Positions 19,094 to 29,823 of a DNA stretch of 64,000 nucleotides are shown here, piece after piece. Under the pieces are notes generated by a model that saw only the letters and a program-made list of their open reading frames with translations, did not search any database and was not told the DNA's origin. The first letter of the stretch is position 1; every line of letters starts with the position of its first letter. The DNA lies in assembly GCA_051971635.1 (NCBI GenBank), contig JBFPLN010000001.1:1-64000 (forward strand). The letters run 5' to 3'. The stretch comes from Candidatus Atelocyanobacterium thalassae (GTDB lineage Bacteria > Cyanobacteriota > Cyanobacteriia > Cyanobacteriales > Microcystaceae). A program made the position numbers and the translations under genes.

Positions 19094-20496
19094 TCATAAT
19101 TATTTTGTGTATCTAGATCGTCATAGTTTTCTGAACTAGTTACATTTTTAGTTAGAAGATCGTAATTAACAGAAGGTTGTCTTTGAATATGAATCTGTCT
19201 TAAACGTGGACCTTCAGATTTAACAACAGTAAACAACAAATTATCATACTTCAATGTTTCTCCTTGAATAGGAATTTTTTGCCACTGGTATGATAAAAAT
19301 CCTCCTAAAGTTTGATATTCATCTATTAAAGGTAAGTTAAGTCCTAGTACATTATTAAGTTCCTCTAAATTTAATTGAGCTTCTATTAAAAAATTATTTT
19401 CATCAATTATTTTCAATATTTCTTTTTTTTCAGTTATGTCTTCCGAATCATTGCCTAAAATCTCTTCAATTACATCTTGTATGGTAATAAGTCCGGATGT
19501 TCCTCCAAACTCATCTACTATGATGACCATTTTTAATTGTGATCTTTGCATCAAAGATAATAATTCATCAAGAGGCATTGATTCTGAAACAAACTTTACT
19601 GGCTTAGCCCAATTGCAAAGGAGAGAGTTTGAACTTAATTCTCCTAATGATAAAGGTTCAGCCAGATCTTTAAAGTCTATGATACCTAGGATATCATCAA
19701 GAGAATCACCTTTAATTGGATAACGGGAATGTCCAGTTTTAGTTACTTCTTCCAACAATTCTTCAAAAGTAGTAGTTTCAGAAACAGCAATTAATTGGGT
19801 ACGAGGAACCATGACTTCCATGGTTGTAACTGTACCAAATTCAAAGATATTTTTAAGTAAGGCTCTTTCTTGCGCTTCTAAACCTGTTGATTCACCTTCT
19901 GTGGATATGATTAGTTGCAATTCTTCGGGAGTAACTTGACTATATCTTTCCTCTCCCGTGTACCGGATTCCTATGCTACGTAATAAGAACCGTGTTGATT
20001 GATTCAAAATCCAGATAAACGGATTAAAAATTTGGGATATAACTCTAATTGAAGGCCCTAAAAATCTAGCCAACTGTTCTGAATACAATAAAGATAGTGA
20101 TTTAGGGCATAATTCTCCTAGGATAATTTGTAGATAAGCTAAAAATAAAAAAGCAAAGGGTACAGCAATACTATGGGATAAGCTTATACTTATAAATCTA
20201 GGAAATGGTAATTTGGCTAATACTTCTATTACTAGCTGAGCCATAACGCTCTCTCCAACCCATCCCAGAGCTAGACTGGAAAGTGTTATGCCTAGCTGTG
20301 TTGTTGATAACAAACGATCAAGACTACGCTGTAAAGATTGAACTGTTTGAGCTTGAATATCTCCGGCTTTAACTAACTGACTTATTCTTGATCTTCTAAC
20401 TGAAACCATTGCAAATTCTGCCATAACAAAAAATGCATTGATAATTATAAGCAAGAAAACTGATAAAATCCGTATTAAAATATCTGAAGTTGACAT
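19084..20496 (-). CDS. HlyC/CorC (CNNM-CBS-CorC) family transporter
   Basis: NAFFVMAEFAMVSVRRSRI, TQLGITL, GELCPKS, GHSRYP, VDEFGGTSG, YQTLGGF. Confidence 0.93.
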   Translation of the reverse strand: MSTSDILIRILSVFLLIIINAFFVMAEFAMVSVRRSRISQLVKAGDIQAQTVQSLQRSLDRLLSTTQLGITLSSLALGWVGESVMAQLVIEVLAKLPFPRFISISLSHSIAVPFAFLFLAYLQIILGELCPKSLSLLYSEQLARFLGPSIRVISQIFNPFIWILNQSTRFLLRSIGIRYTGEERYSQVTPEELQLIISTEGESTGLEAQERALLKNIFEFGTVTTMEVMVPRTQLIAVSETTTFEELLEEVTKTGHSRYPIKGDSLDDILGIIDFKDLAEPLSLGELSSNSLLCNWAKPVKFVSESMPLDELLSLMQRSQLKMVIIVDEFGGTSGLITIQDVIEEILGNDSEDITEKKEILKIIDENNFLIEAQLNLEELNNVLGLNLPLIDEYQTLGGFLSYQWQKIPIQGETLKYDNLLFTVVKSEGPRLRQIHIQRQPSVNYDLLTKNVTSSENYDDLDTQNNYDGE

Positions 20497-20525
20497 ATCT
20501 CAAATGTGATAGTTATTAACAATTA

Positions 20526-21188
20526 TCAGATCACAGGAATATTGTTTATATTAAGCTTGAGCTTTCTGTCAGGATAATTAGTCAGATTTAGGGATAGAGT
20601 TGTACTTTTTGTAATAGAAAAATTTGGAATTTTTATTTCTCCGCTAAAAATATTACTTTTAGGCGGTAAAACATCTGGTAGACCTTTTATAGTGGCTCCA
20701 AGAGAAGAACTCTGATTATCACGTATATCTAAAGAACTATAGAGAAATTTAATCTCATTAGCTCCTTTATTCTGTAAATTAACTTTTAAAAGCATCGTTT
20801 CACCATTATTTAAAGCTTCCTTTACTTCTAATATCACTTCTTGATCTACAACTTGCAAGGGTAAACTTTTTGAAGTTTTATTATAAACATTCTGAATCTG
20901 ATTATCTTGAAGTTGATTTTTTTGAAAACTTACCAATTCTTTCTTTTGGTTAGTATAGTCATAAACTTTATTCAACACAGTTTTTTCGTCAATAGGCTTA
21001 AACTGAGTAGGTTTAGTAAATGTATTAGAAGTATTTATCAGTTTTTTACTGGGATTAGTACTTAGTTGATTTACCCCTTTAAGAGCTTGAGATCCTGCTT
21101 GATAAGCGAAGTAAGCTCCCATTAGACCAGTAGCCAACATGAGTAATGATAATAGTGCTGTAAGCTTCACAGTTAAATTTGTTGTCAT
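20526..21188 (-). CDS. Conserved cyanobacterial hypothetical protein with N-terminal membrane anchor
   Basis: 220-aa ORF, N-terminal hydrophobic helix, ALKGVNQ, FLYSSLDIRD, LNLTNYPD. Confidence 0.7.
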   Translation of the reverse strand: MTTNLTVKLTALLSLLMLATGLMGAYFAYQAGSQALKGVNQLSTNPSKKLINTSNTFTKPTQFKPIDEKTVLNKVYDYTNQKKELVSFQKNQLQDNQIQNVYNKTSKSLPLQVVDQEVILEVKEALNNGETMLLKVNLQNKGANEIKFLYSSLDIRDNQSSSLGATIKGLPDVLPPKSNIFSGEIKIPNFSITKSTTLSLNLTNYPDRKLKLNINNIPVI

Positions 21189-21313
21189 CGTGCTGATTAC
21201 GTAATACAGAATTTACCTTGATTATAATAATTTAGTTGAATACTTACGCGAATTTTTCTATCTATTCATTATTGCGCTATAATGTGTTAACTTAAGATAG
21301 ATTCAACTTAATT

Positions 21314-21386
21314 CCAGGGTTGGCCGAGCGGTTGAGGCAACGAACTCATAATTCGTGCAAGGCAGGTTCAACTCCTGCACCCTGGA
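21314..21386 (+). tRNA. trnI: tRNA with CAT anticodon, most likely tRNA-Ile2 (lysidine-modified)
   Basis: CCAGGGT/ACCCTGG-A acceptor; acgaa-ctCATaa-ttcgt arm. The 1:72 pair is intact and there is no GGG/CCC anticodon stem, so not initiator. Ile2 versus elongator Met assigned from recalled cyanobacterial sequences. Confidence 0.85.
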
Positions 21387-21583
21387 CTCATAAAATATAT
21401 TGTCCAAGTAACATTCTGAAATAATATAAAGTAGATATTTTAAGCTTTATATTATTTCGAAGCTTAAATATTCTATATATCTAAAAGTTGATTGCTGTAT
21501 CAAGCAACTTAAACTGGATACAATAATCTATATAGAAATGAGAATACAACTAATTTGTTCGATAAGATCGCAAAATCTTATCT

Positions 21584-22285
21584 TTAAAATTCTCGTACTA
21601 TAGGAATATTTTCAACGATTTCACCTATTAAAATTAAATCTGCTACATCAACAAATAGACCATTATCTAGAACACCTGGAATATTGTTAATTATTGTTTC
21701 CAAGTTCTTTGGATCATTGATATGATCAAACTTGGTATCGATTATCAAATTTCCCTGATCTGTAACAACTGGCCCAGCTTTTCTAACACCCATACGTAAA
21801 TCCGTGCTACCTCCAAGTTCTGCTAGTTTTTTCATTACTGGAAAAAGAGCTTTTGGTATTACTTCAACTGGGACTGGAACAGTAGAGCCTAGTGCATCTA
21901 CTATTTTATTGCCATCAACTACTACAATAAATTTTTTGGCGAGACTATCAACAATTTTCTCTTGTGTATGAGCAGCACCACCACCCTTAATAAGATTTTT
22001 TTTTGGATCAACCTCATCTGCACCGTCAATAGCAATATCAATATGATCTACCCTATCTAAGGTACTGAGAGGAATATTATATTTTTTGGCTAAAACTTCT
22101 GCTTGAAATGATGTTGCGATACCTATGATGTTTTCTAGGCTACCGGACTCTAAACGCTTCCCAATATGCTCAATAGCATAAGCAGTCGTAGATCCTGTAC
22201 CCAATCCTATGATGGAATTGGACTTAATATATTCAGCAGCAGCTCTTCCTACTTGCTGTTTCATAATTATTATTGGATCATTCAT
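21584..22285 (-). CDS. rpiA: Ribose-5-phosphate isomerase A
   Basis: [29 protein letters not shown]. Confidence 0.97.
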   Translation of the reverse strand: MNDPIIIMKQQVGRAAAEYIKSNSIIGLGTGSTTAYAIEHIGKRLESGSLENIIGIATSFQAEVLAKKYNIPLSTLDRVDHIDIAIDGADEVDPKKNLIKGGGAAHTQEKIVDSLAKKFIVVVDGNKIVDALGSTVPVPVEVIPKALFPVMKKLAELGGSTDLRMGVRKAGPVVTDQGNLIIDTKFDHINDPKNLETIINNIPGVLDNGLFVDVADLILIGEIVENIPIVREF

Positions 22286-22345
22286 ATATTAACTCCTTTG
22301 AAGTTGATTAAATTCTACTTTTGAATTTTCTAAATTCAATAAACG

Positions 22346-22388
22346 ATAGGGGATGAGGCAGCCTTTAGCTCATAAATCCATCCCTTAT
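22346..22388 (-). terminator. Hairpin between rbp and rpiA
   Basis: ataggggatg / catcccttat arms just after the rbp stop. Confidence 0.45.
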
Positions 22389-22409
22389 TTATCATTTATC
22401 CATCACTCT

Positions 22410-22862
22410 CTAACTTTTGGGAGATGTTGCTAACATTTGTTTTAACTGAGCTAATTGATCTGCCCAACGAGGATCGGGTTGGAAACCTTCATTTCCAGAA
22501 TTTCCATTTGATGATTGGGTTCGATTATCACGCTTTTTAGTAGTACTTTTTTTAGCTTTAGTAGGCATAGGCTTACTATCAGTACTTTCCTCTGAAGAAT
22601 CTTTTCCTTTGGCTCTAGGAAGAGCTTTTTCAATTTTAAGAGGGCTTTCCATAAAAGACTGACCATTATATTTTTCAATAAACGCATCAGCTAATTCGTC
22701 AGTAAGAACAGTAACAAATGCAAAACCTCGGCATGTTCCTGTTTTACGTTCTTTGATAACTTTGATCGAAATGGTTTCACCAGCATCGACAAATAATTCT
22801 TCTAGAGTTTGGCGTTCAATGTTTTCTTTAGGTAAGTTACCTACATATAAGCGAATAGACAT
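22410..22862 (-). CDS. RRM RNA-binding protein, Rbp3/RbpG-type
   Basis: RLYVGNLP (RNP2), CRGFAFV (RNP1), C-terminal QPDPRWADQL motif; GGAGG RBS. Confidence 0.9.
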   Translation of the reverse strand: MSIRLYVGNLPKENIERQTLEELFVDAGETISIKVIKERKTGTCRGFAFVTVLTDELADAFIEKYNGQSFMESPLKIEKALPRAKGKDSSEESTDSKPMPTKAKKSTTKKRDNRTQSSNGNSGNEGFQPDPRWADQLAQLKQMLATSPKS

Positions 22863-23835
22863 TTCAGGATGTACCTCCAGTAATTGAGTTGATAAATTTT
22901 TTAGTTAACTCCCATTTAGAGAGCTATATATTTCAGTCTTGAGCAGATTAGAAAAATAGTTTTTCCATAATCTTTAATGCTATTAGTAAGACTTAATTTT
23001 GTTATGTGGACTTGTTCTCTTCAAAACTAATTTTCCTTTAGCAAAGTTAATGTATCCAAATAGATTACTAAAACCTGATTTCATTTCATTTACTAACAAA
23101 TGTAGATAAAACAGATACTACTTTTCTAGATTATTACAGATTGTATAGACGATTCGCCAAATAATTCAAAAAAAATTAAAAAACATTTAGAACTTTTTTT
23201 ATTTTTTTGAATTATTTGGCAAGTAATATTTTTTTAGTAATTATTTTTCAACTGATCATTTAAGTTATTAATTATAATATCTTCAATTATTAATTGTTGA
23301 AGATATTTTAATTTTTATATAAAGATTTCTAAAATTCATATTAATGGAATTTATATATATATCTAATCTTACTACTTTTTGTGAAGATTTTATAAAAACA
23401 AGTCTATAAATAAAATCTGCATAGAGTAGACACAGTGGAGCTTTTATTGTGTCTACTTATTGTAAAAAATGAACTTAGCTGTGGTTGCATAATTTATTTA
23501 AATAATTATTCTCATCTATAGTATAAAGTTAAAAAAGTGACATCTTAATGAATCTACAAAATTTTATAAATTCATTACTTTAAGAATTAATTAAGAACTA
23601 CACTATATTTATTGATTATATATTTACAATGAAGGGCTATGGATTGTTAGATTAGTGATACCTTGTACAATTATTTATAGGTCAGAGACCTATAAAATTA
23701 CGTACTCTTTTTTTTGTAAAGAAATATAAATTTTTTTCCATATGATTATTCTTATCTATTAACTACAGACAAAGACTACGATAACCTGTACTCATATAAT
23801 TTTTACAATTACATTTAAGCAATACCCTATTTTTT

Positions 23836-24789
23836 ATGACTGCTTCTAATCGTTTAATCCGCATTGGTTCTCGAAAAAGTCAATTAGCATTGGTACAAAC
23901 TTATTGGATACAAGAGCAATTACAAAAATATTATCCTGATTATGAGTTTCAAGTAGAAACCATGAGTACACAAGGAGATAATATCTTAGACGTTGCTCTT
24001 GCAAAAATTGGAGATAAGGGACTGTTTACAAAGGAGTTAGAAGTAGCCATGTTGCAGAATCGAATAGATTTTGCAGTCCATTCCCTAAAAGACCTTCCAA
24101 CTAACTTGCCAGAGGGTTTAATCTTAGGTTGCATAACAGAAAGAGAAAATCCTGCAGATGCTCTGGTAATTAACGAAAAATACAAAAATAATAATTTGCA
24201 TACTTTACCAGAAGGATCAATTATTGGGACATCATCTCTCAGACGTTTGGCTCAGCTTCGCCACCATTATCCTCATTTAATTTTTAAAGATATTCGTGGA
24301 AATGTTAATACTCGCCTAGCTAAACTAGATGCTGGAGAGTATGACGCTATTGTTCTTGCTGTAGCAGGATTAAAACGTCTAAATATGGATAGCAGAGTCC
24401 ATCAAATTATTCCCAAGGACATTTCTTTACATGCTGTCGGGCAAGGTGCTTTAGGCATAGAATGTAGAGCAAATGATCCTAAAATTTTAGAGTTACTTAA
24501 AGTTTTACAACATTCAGAAACTTATTCTCGTTGTATAGGAGAGCGTTCATTTTTAAGGGCATTAGAGGGAGGATGTCAAGTCCCTATTGGAGTTGATACT
24601 AAGATAGAGTCTAATATATTGACTTTGACTGGGATAGTAGCAAGTCTAGATGGACAAACTATGCTGAAAGATAGTGTCTCTGGCCATATAGAACAGGCGG
24701 AACAATTAGGATATGAATTGTCTGTCCGTTTACGCAACTCAGGTGCAACAGAAGTTTTAGAAAAAATATTTGCTGAAATCAGGACTTGA
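23836..24789 (+). CDS. hemC: Hydroxymethylbilane synthase
   Basis: [44 protein letters not shown]. Confidence 0.98.
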   Translation: MTASNRLIRIGSRKSQLALVQTYWIQEQLQKYYPDYEFQVETMSTQGDNILDVALAKIGDKGLFTKELEVAMLQNRIDFAVHSLKDLPTNLPEGLILGCITERENPADALVINEKYKNNNLHTLPEGSIIGTSSLRRLAQLRHHYPHLIFKDIRGNVNTRLAKLDAGEYDAIVLAVAGLKRLNMDSRVHQIIPKDISLHAVGQGALGIECRANDPKILELLKVLQHSETYSRCIGERSFLRALEGGCQVPIGVDTKIESNILTLTGIVASLDGQTMLKDSVSGHIEQAEQLGYELSVRLRNSGATEVLEKIFAEIRT

Positions 24790-25264
24790 TGAAGATAATT
24801 TTTGATTTGTTAAAAACAGCACCTATGATGTGAATACTGTTCTTAATAAATCATGAATTTATCTTTACTGAAATAGGAACTTTATATCCTTTACATCGAT
24901 TAGCATATATTTTCTGGAAACTATTTATGAATTCTCATATAATTTCGCAAAATTGTATTTATTATTATTGAAAACAAATGATATTTACTTGAATGATTCT
25001 TGAAACATAGATAGGAAAAATTAAAAATTTTGTCAAATATTATTTGTAAGCAGAAATACTAAAAAGTACATCAAGTCTAAAACAATAACTTAATACCAAT
25101 GAACTAATAAAGATAACTTTATTTCTCTAAAATCAATTTATATCTTTATGTTACGATAAACCAGGAATAAGTAGTCTCTATAATTGAGAAACTAGTAAAT
25201 ATAAGAGTTTGCTCTAAGGGATTATAATTATTAATTTAGTTCTATTCAATATTATTTAAAAAAT

Positions 25265-25618
25265 ATGTCACAAGAGAAAGGAAAAGGCTTTGGATTTGGA
25301 TTAGGAAAAATTAAAGAACTTCAAGAAGCCTTTAAAAAAGCACAACAGGTTCAAGCTGGAGCACAACAGCTCCAAGAAGAATTAGAAAAAATGGGTATTG
25401 AAGGTTATAGTGATGAAACCAAGTTAGTTACCGTAATCATTAGTGGAAATCAAGAGCCTCGACAAGTTATTATTGACCCAATTGCTATGGAGAAAGATCC
25501 TAATGTTCTATCAGAACTCGTAACAATGGCAATGCAAGACGCCTATAATAAATCAACTGAGACAATGAGAGAGAAAATGGAAGTTCTTACTAGTGGATTA
25601 AATCTGCCAGGAATGTAA
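25265..25618 (+). CDS. ybaB: YbaB/EbfC nucleoid-associated protein
   Basis: [32 protein letters not shown]...MEVLTSGL. Confidence 0.92.
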   Translation: MSQEKGKGFGFGLGKIKELQEAFKKAQQVQAGAQQLQEELEKMGIEGYSDETKLVTVIISGNQEPRQVIIDPIAMEKDPNVLSELVTMAMQDAYNKSTETMREKMEVLTSGLNLPGM

Positions 25619-25626
25619 GTTAAGAT

Positions 25627-25669
25627 ATTAAAGAAATTGGGATAGTGTTATTTACCCAATTTCTTTAAT
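25627..25669. terminator. 15-bp perfect inverted repeat, probable bidirectional terminator
   Basis: attaaagaaattggg / cccaatttctttaat between convergent genes. Confidence 0.7.
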
Positions 25670-25751
25670 CTGAAATAACATCTACCAAAAAAGTTATTAG
25701 GTAAAACAAGTTTCTTTAATCACAAATAAATATTTTAAAAATTCAAAACAT

Positions 25752-26168
25752 TTATTTATTAAGCGTAAGATTGTTTAAATGTTCTGCCCATTTTGCTGCT
25801 AAAGAAATATCCGTAAACGGAATTGTAACAATCTGTTCATCTGATTTGATAAAAACAAATTGTATTGAGGCTTTTCCTTTTCTAGGTAAATCACTTAAAT
25901 CAGCAACATTATTATTAATTAACAACATTACTGATTTGACATCACTCAATAAAAAACTAGGTAAATTATCTGGAATAGTTCTTTTCGGTTGGCCCCAAGT
26001 TACTTGTTTATTTTTAAGTCCAATAACAGAGTAAATATCATATTTAGCTGTATCAAAATCTTTTGACCATAAATTATAAGCTTCTACTTTTTGATATTCA
26101 TTCCATCCATTCCAAGTTAACCAGCTAAAAAAAGCGAGTAAAGGCAACCACATAAGCCCTTTTTCCAT
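25752..26168 (-). CDS. Conserved cyanobacterial hypothetical protein
   Basis: MEKGLMWLPLL...GWNEYQKVEAY...AKYDIY...IPFTDISLAAKW; ATG 26168 with GAGGGA RBS. Confidence 0.8.
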   Translation of the reverse strand: MEKGLMWLPLLAFFSWLTWNGWNEYQKVEAYNLWSKDFDTAKYDIYSVIGLKNKQVTWGQPKRTIPDNLPSFLLSDVKSVMLLINNNVADLSDLPRKGKASIQFVFIKSDEQIVTIPFTDISLAAKWAEHLNNLTLNK

Positions 26169-26745
26169 TATCAAATTCCCTCATCATTACATGATAGATA
26201 CTCTAGAACAATCAATAACATATTTATATTCTAGGCAAGTTAATTATCTTAACAATAGGAATATTACCATAATGTAGATAAGTAAACTTTATTATTAAAA
26301 ATCCATATTTATATATTGAAGAATATAAATTTGTAAGATAAAGAAATAAATCCACAACATATTAATATTTTAGTTTAACAACTATGACAGATATCTTTTT
26401 TATATTTAAAAATATATTTGATATAGTTTATATTTATTTTTATTGATATGAAAATGATCAATAACAGGATACTTAATATGATATTGGTTAATATTAAAAA
26501 AATATGTTTAATATGACTATTATTGAAAATTTATTTAAAAATAAATCTAAATTTTAGAAAATATAGAATAACATTTTAAAATTAAATACCTTGTGGAATA
26601 TACGGTTTGTAAATTTGTTTTTATTCTATTTTTATAGTCATTTTTTCAATATAAGATAAAAACTGTTTATTGCAAAAAAAGAATATTACTAGAAAAATCC
26701 ACAATAAAGTTATTAAATATTAATTATTATTATGTTAGATTTTTT

Positions 26746-27120
26746 ATGGATACTAAAATGAATAATTTGAAGAATAATATTAAATCTATTGTAAACTTGA
26801 CAAATTTAATAATCATCAGCCTTGTTACAGCTGTCGTTTTTATTATTGGAATATCAAATATTGCAGAAGATTCGCAAAATCGGAGTATTAGGCAGTTAGC
26901 TGAAAAAAAACTACGATTATTTTCTAGGGGATACAGTCTCGACACTATTAATTGTGATGGTGTTGATATTAACCACAATGGATTTGTTAATTGCAAAGCA
27001 AGCGATAGAAAGCAAAAAATTATTTTACTAGAATGTCCCTATAGAGGAAGCAATGACAAATGTAATTATTTATTTCAAAAAGGAAATATGTTTTGTCAAA
27101 ATTGTTTCAAACGCAAATAA
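26746..27120 (+). CDS. Hypothetical membrane-anchored Cys-rich protein
   Basis: 124-aa ORF, TM helix at about aa 20-37, six Cys in the C-terminal half; overlaps the slt stop by 25 bp. Confidence 0.6.
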   Translation: MDTKMNNLKNNIKSIVNLTNLIIISLVTAVVFIIGISNIAEDSQNRSIRQLAEKKLRLFSRGYSLDTINCDGVDINHNGFVNCKASDRKQKIILLECPYRGSNDKCNYLFQKGNMFCQNCFKRK

Positions 27121-29270
27121 GTTTCTTGATTATAGATACGTAAATAATTCCAATAATTACTAAATACAGATTTAACATAATTTTTAGTTTCCTTGAATGG
27201 AATTTCTTCTACAAAAAGATCAGGATCACGAATGTTATATTGTTTTACCCAATTTGACACATTATTTGGTCCCGCATTGTAGCTTGCAACGGCCAATAAA
27301 GAATTATCTTTATACTTTTTATGAGTATAGTTTAGATACCAAATCCCTAAAAAAATATTATCATTTAAGTTATTTAAATGATAATGTTGGATTTTCATTT
27401 GTTTAGCTATCCATTCTCCAGTAATCGGCATTACTTGCATTATGCCTGTTGCTCCTACAGGCGATTCACTACCATTATCAAATCTAGATTCTTGTCGCAT
27501 TATAGACATAATTAATAAAGGATTTAATGTGAAGTGCTTGGACCAGCTAATTATAGATTTATAAAAGGGAAGTGGAAATAAAGTTCGCCAGTATTGATCC
27601 TCTTTCCGAAGATTTTGCCATTCTTGTTTTTCAACAAAACTATTTTTATCTTGAAGATTCCAAATCTGATTAATAGATTGAAGATTTTTTCCGTAAGCTA
27701 ATTTTAGTAAAGCATCGGTAAATCCTTGTTTAACATTGAGATTGTAGTTTTGATTAGTTTCTGTTTTAAACAGTAATAATGCATCGCTATCTTGCCCTAA
27801 ACGATATAACGTTTTAAATATTTCAGACCCGGCAGGAGGAATTGGTCTTGCAATAGGTTGATTAACTATGGGAAATATTTGACGTAAGTTATCAAAGTCT
27901 CCTACATTCCACCCTAATTGTACGGCAGAGCGCCAGGCGTAATAAGATTGGGGATGATTTTTAATTACACTTTGAAACACTAGCTTAGACTTTTGAAAAT
28001 TACCTAATTGCTTTTCCCATTTACCTAACCAAAATCCTGCCTTTGGAGCTATAGGACTATCTACATTATCAATGAAAATTGATTTTGCCCATGCTTTAGC
28101 TTTTACAATGTCTTTTGCACTAACGGCTCTTTTAACAATCTGCCAGCGATACTTAGCTGTTGATTGATGATTAGGATATTGAAAAACTAATAACTGATAA
28201 ACTTTTTCTGCTTCATCAGTATGGTTTAATTCTTGCAATAGATTTGCTTTGTGTAAGAGGCTTTCTGGAATATCTACAGTAGATTTTTGAATAATTTGGT
28301 CAAGATAATCAAGAGCAATTTTAGGAGGCGATAAGACTACTAATCTTTTCAAAGATAGTAGTGCTTCTATGGAATTAGGAAAATTTAAGAGTATTTTTTT
28401 ATAAATTCCAAGTACTTTTTCAGAGCTTTTTTGATTTAGACCTAGCTCCTGACTTCTAGCAAAACGATAAAGATTATGAGCATTTTTTTCAGCTTTTAAG
28501 TATGAAAAAGAAGCTTTATTATATTCCTGAGTTTCCCAATAACCTCTTGCAATGGTTTCCCAGTCCTCAGGAAGTAAATCTTTTGTATAATTATTAACTA
28601 GATAATTACGAATATTATTGGCTTTTTTATCATGTATAGCATGCCTTGCCAAAGATATTAACAATTCAAACTGTTTAGGATTTTCTTCTAATCTTTTGTA
28701 AATTAATTCTTGAATTTTAGGATATTGAGGAAACTTAATAATTGCTATATCGCGATATTCAGGCTCATACTTTCCTAATTTGTAATAAGCTTCTGCTGAT
28801 ATGAAAGATATAGGATATTTTTTGATTAGCCTTTTCCAAATTTTTTTAGCTTGTGTAAGATTATTTGTTAATTCATAACCTCGAGCTCTTTTTAATGAAA
28901 TATAAGGCATCAAAATAGGATATTCATTTTCTAGATCTTTCAACTGCCTTAAAGCAAGACCTCCTTCATATCGTGTGAGTAAGTCAACAGATAATAGATA
29001 ACGTGCACGTGCCCTTTCAATGGATGGCTTTTTTTGAGAAGCAATTTTTTGAAGAACATCTTTTCTTTGCTTTATAGGGACTACTGCTAGATTTAAGACG
29101 ATAGATTTTTCTTCAAGATCTTGTTGAAAAAGTAATTCCATATCGTTATATTTTTTCTTTTCTACCCATTTTTTAAGCCCAGGAAGTAAAAAAAAAGTGC
29201 TAGTTGATCCGATTAATATTGTGCTGAAAAGAATAACTAATTGATACTTATTTTTTAGTTTATTGAACAT
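27096..29270 (-). CDS. slt: Soluble lytic transglycosylase (TPR + SLT domain)
   Basis: IMRQESRF, GATGIMQVMP, ASYNAGP, FVEEIPFKETKNYVK. Start at ATG 29270 (ORF track gives 29294). Confidence 0.92.
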   Translation of the reverse strand: MFNKLKNKYQLVILFSTILIGSTSTFFLLPGLKKWVEKKKYNDMELLFQQDLEEKSIVLNLAVVPIKQRKDVLQKIASQKKPSIERARARYLLSVDLLTRYEGGLALRQLKDLENEYPILMPYISLKRARGYELTNNLTQAKKIWKRLIKKYPISFISAEAYYKLGKYEPEYRDIAIIKFPQYPKIQELIYKRLEENPKQFELLISLARHAIHDKKANNIRNYLVNNYTKDLLPEDWETIARGYWETQEYNKASFSYLKAEKNAHNLYRFARSQELGLNQKSSEKVLGIYKKILLNFPNSIEALLSLKRLVVLSPPKIALDYLDQIIQKSTVDIPESLLHKANLLQELNHTDEAEKVYQLLVFQYPNHQSTAKYRWQIVKRAVSAKDIVKAKAWAKSIFIDNVDSPIAPKAGFWLGKWEKQLGNFQKSKLVFQSVIKNHPQSYYAWRSAVQLGWNVGDFDNLRQIFPIVNQPIARPIPPAGSEIFKTLYRLGQDSDALLLFKTETNQNYNLNVKQGFTDALLKLAYGKNLQSINQIWNLQDKNSFVEKQEWQNLRKEDQYWRTLFPLPFYKSIISWSKHFTLNPLLIMSIMRQESRFDNGSESPVGATGIMQVMPITGEWIAKQMKIQHYHLNNLNDNIFLGIWYLNYTHKKYKDNSLLAVASYNAGPNNVSNWVKQYNIRDPDLFVEEIPFKETKNYVKSVFSNYWNYLRIYNQETYLRLKQF

Positions 29271-29823
29271 TCCAATTTTATAAACAGCATTCAAAAATTT
29301 TTACTATATTCTACGATTTATTTAAGCAATCTTAATCATAGCTGATACTCTATTTTAGTTAACTAATACTCGTAAATACTTCAATACTAGACTTTTTATA
29401 GATATTATATGGGAAAAAACTTGAAATGTTATCGTATTTTAATTATGAAAATATAAGTACTTTATCAAGAGAAATATGAAAATCAAAATTAAACATACTT
29501 AGGATACTTTTATTTTTCTAAAAAACAAAACATTATCAGTTATGAGATATGTGTAGATTATTAAGAAGATTTACTATTTACCATATTTAACTTTATCCTT
29601 ACCATATTTTCTTACCATATTAATAAGCATCAAGTTTAAGATGAGTATGCAAACAATATTAGCTCTGGTAAATTATAAAAGTAAATTTATCTAAACGTTA
29701 ATTCTCTTTATTAAGAACGTTGTAAGATTTTTTGAAGAAGTCTATCATACACAAGTAAGTACTTTTGCTTTTAAGTGTTTGCTGAGTTAAATTACTCATT
29801 TTCTAGGTGTGAGGATTATGTAT

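Noticed and set aside
21314..21386. Initiator tRNA-fMet call for the CAT tRNA
   Set aside because: C1-G72 is paired and the anticodon stem lacks three consecutive G-C pairs.
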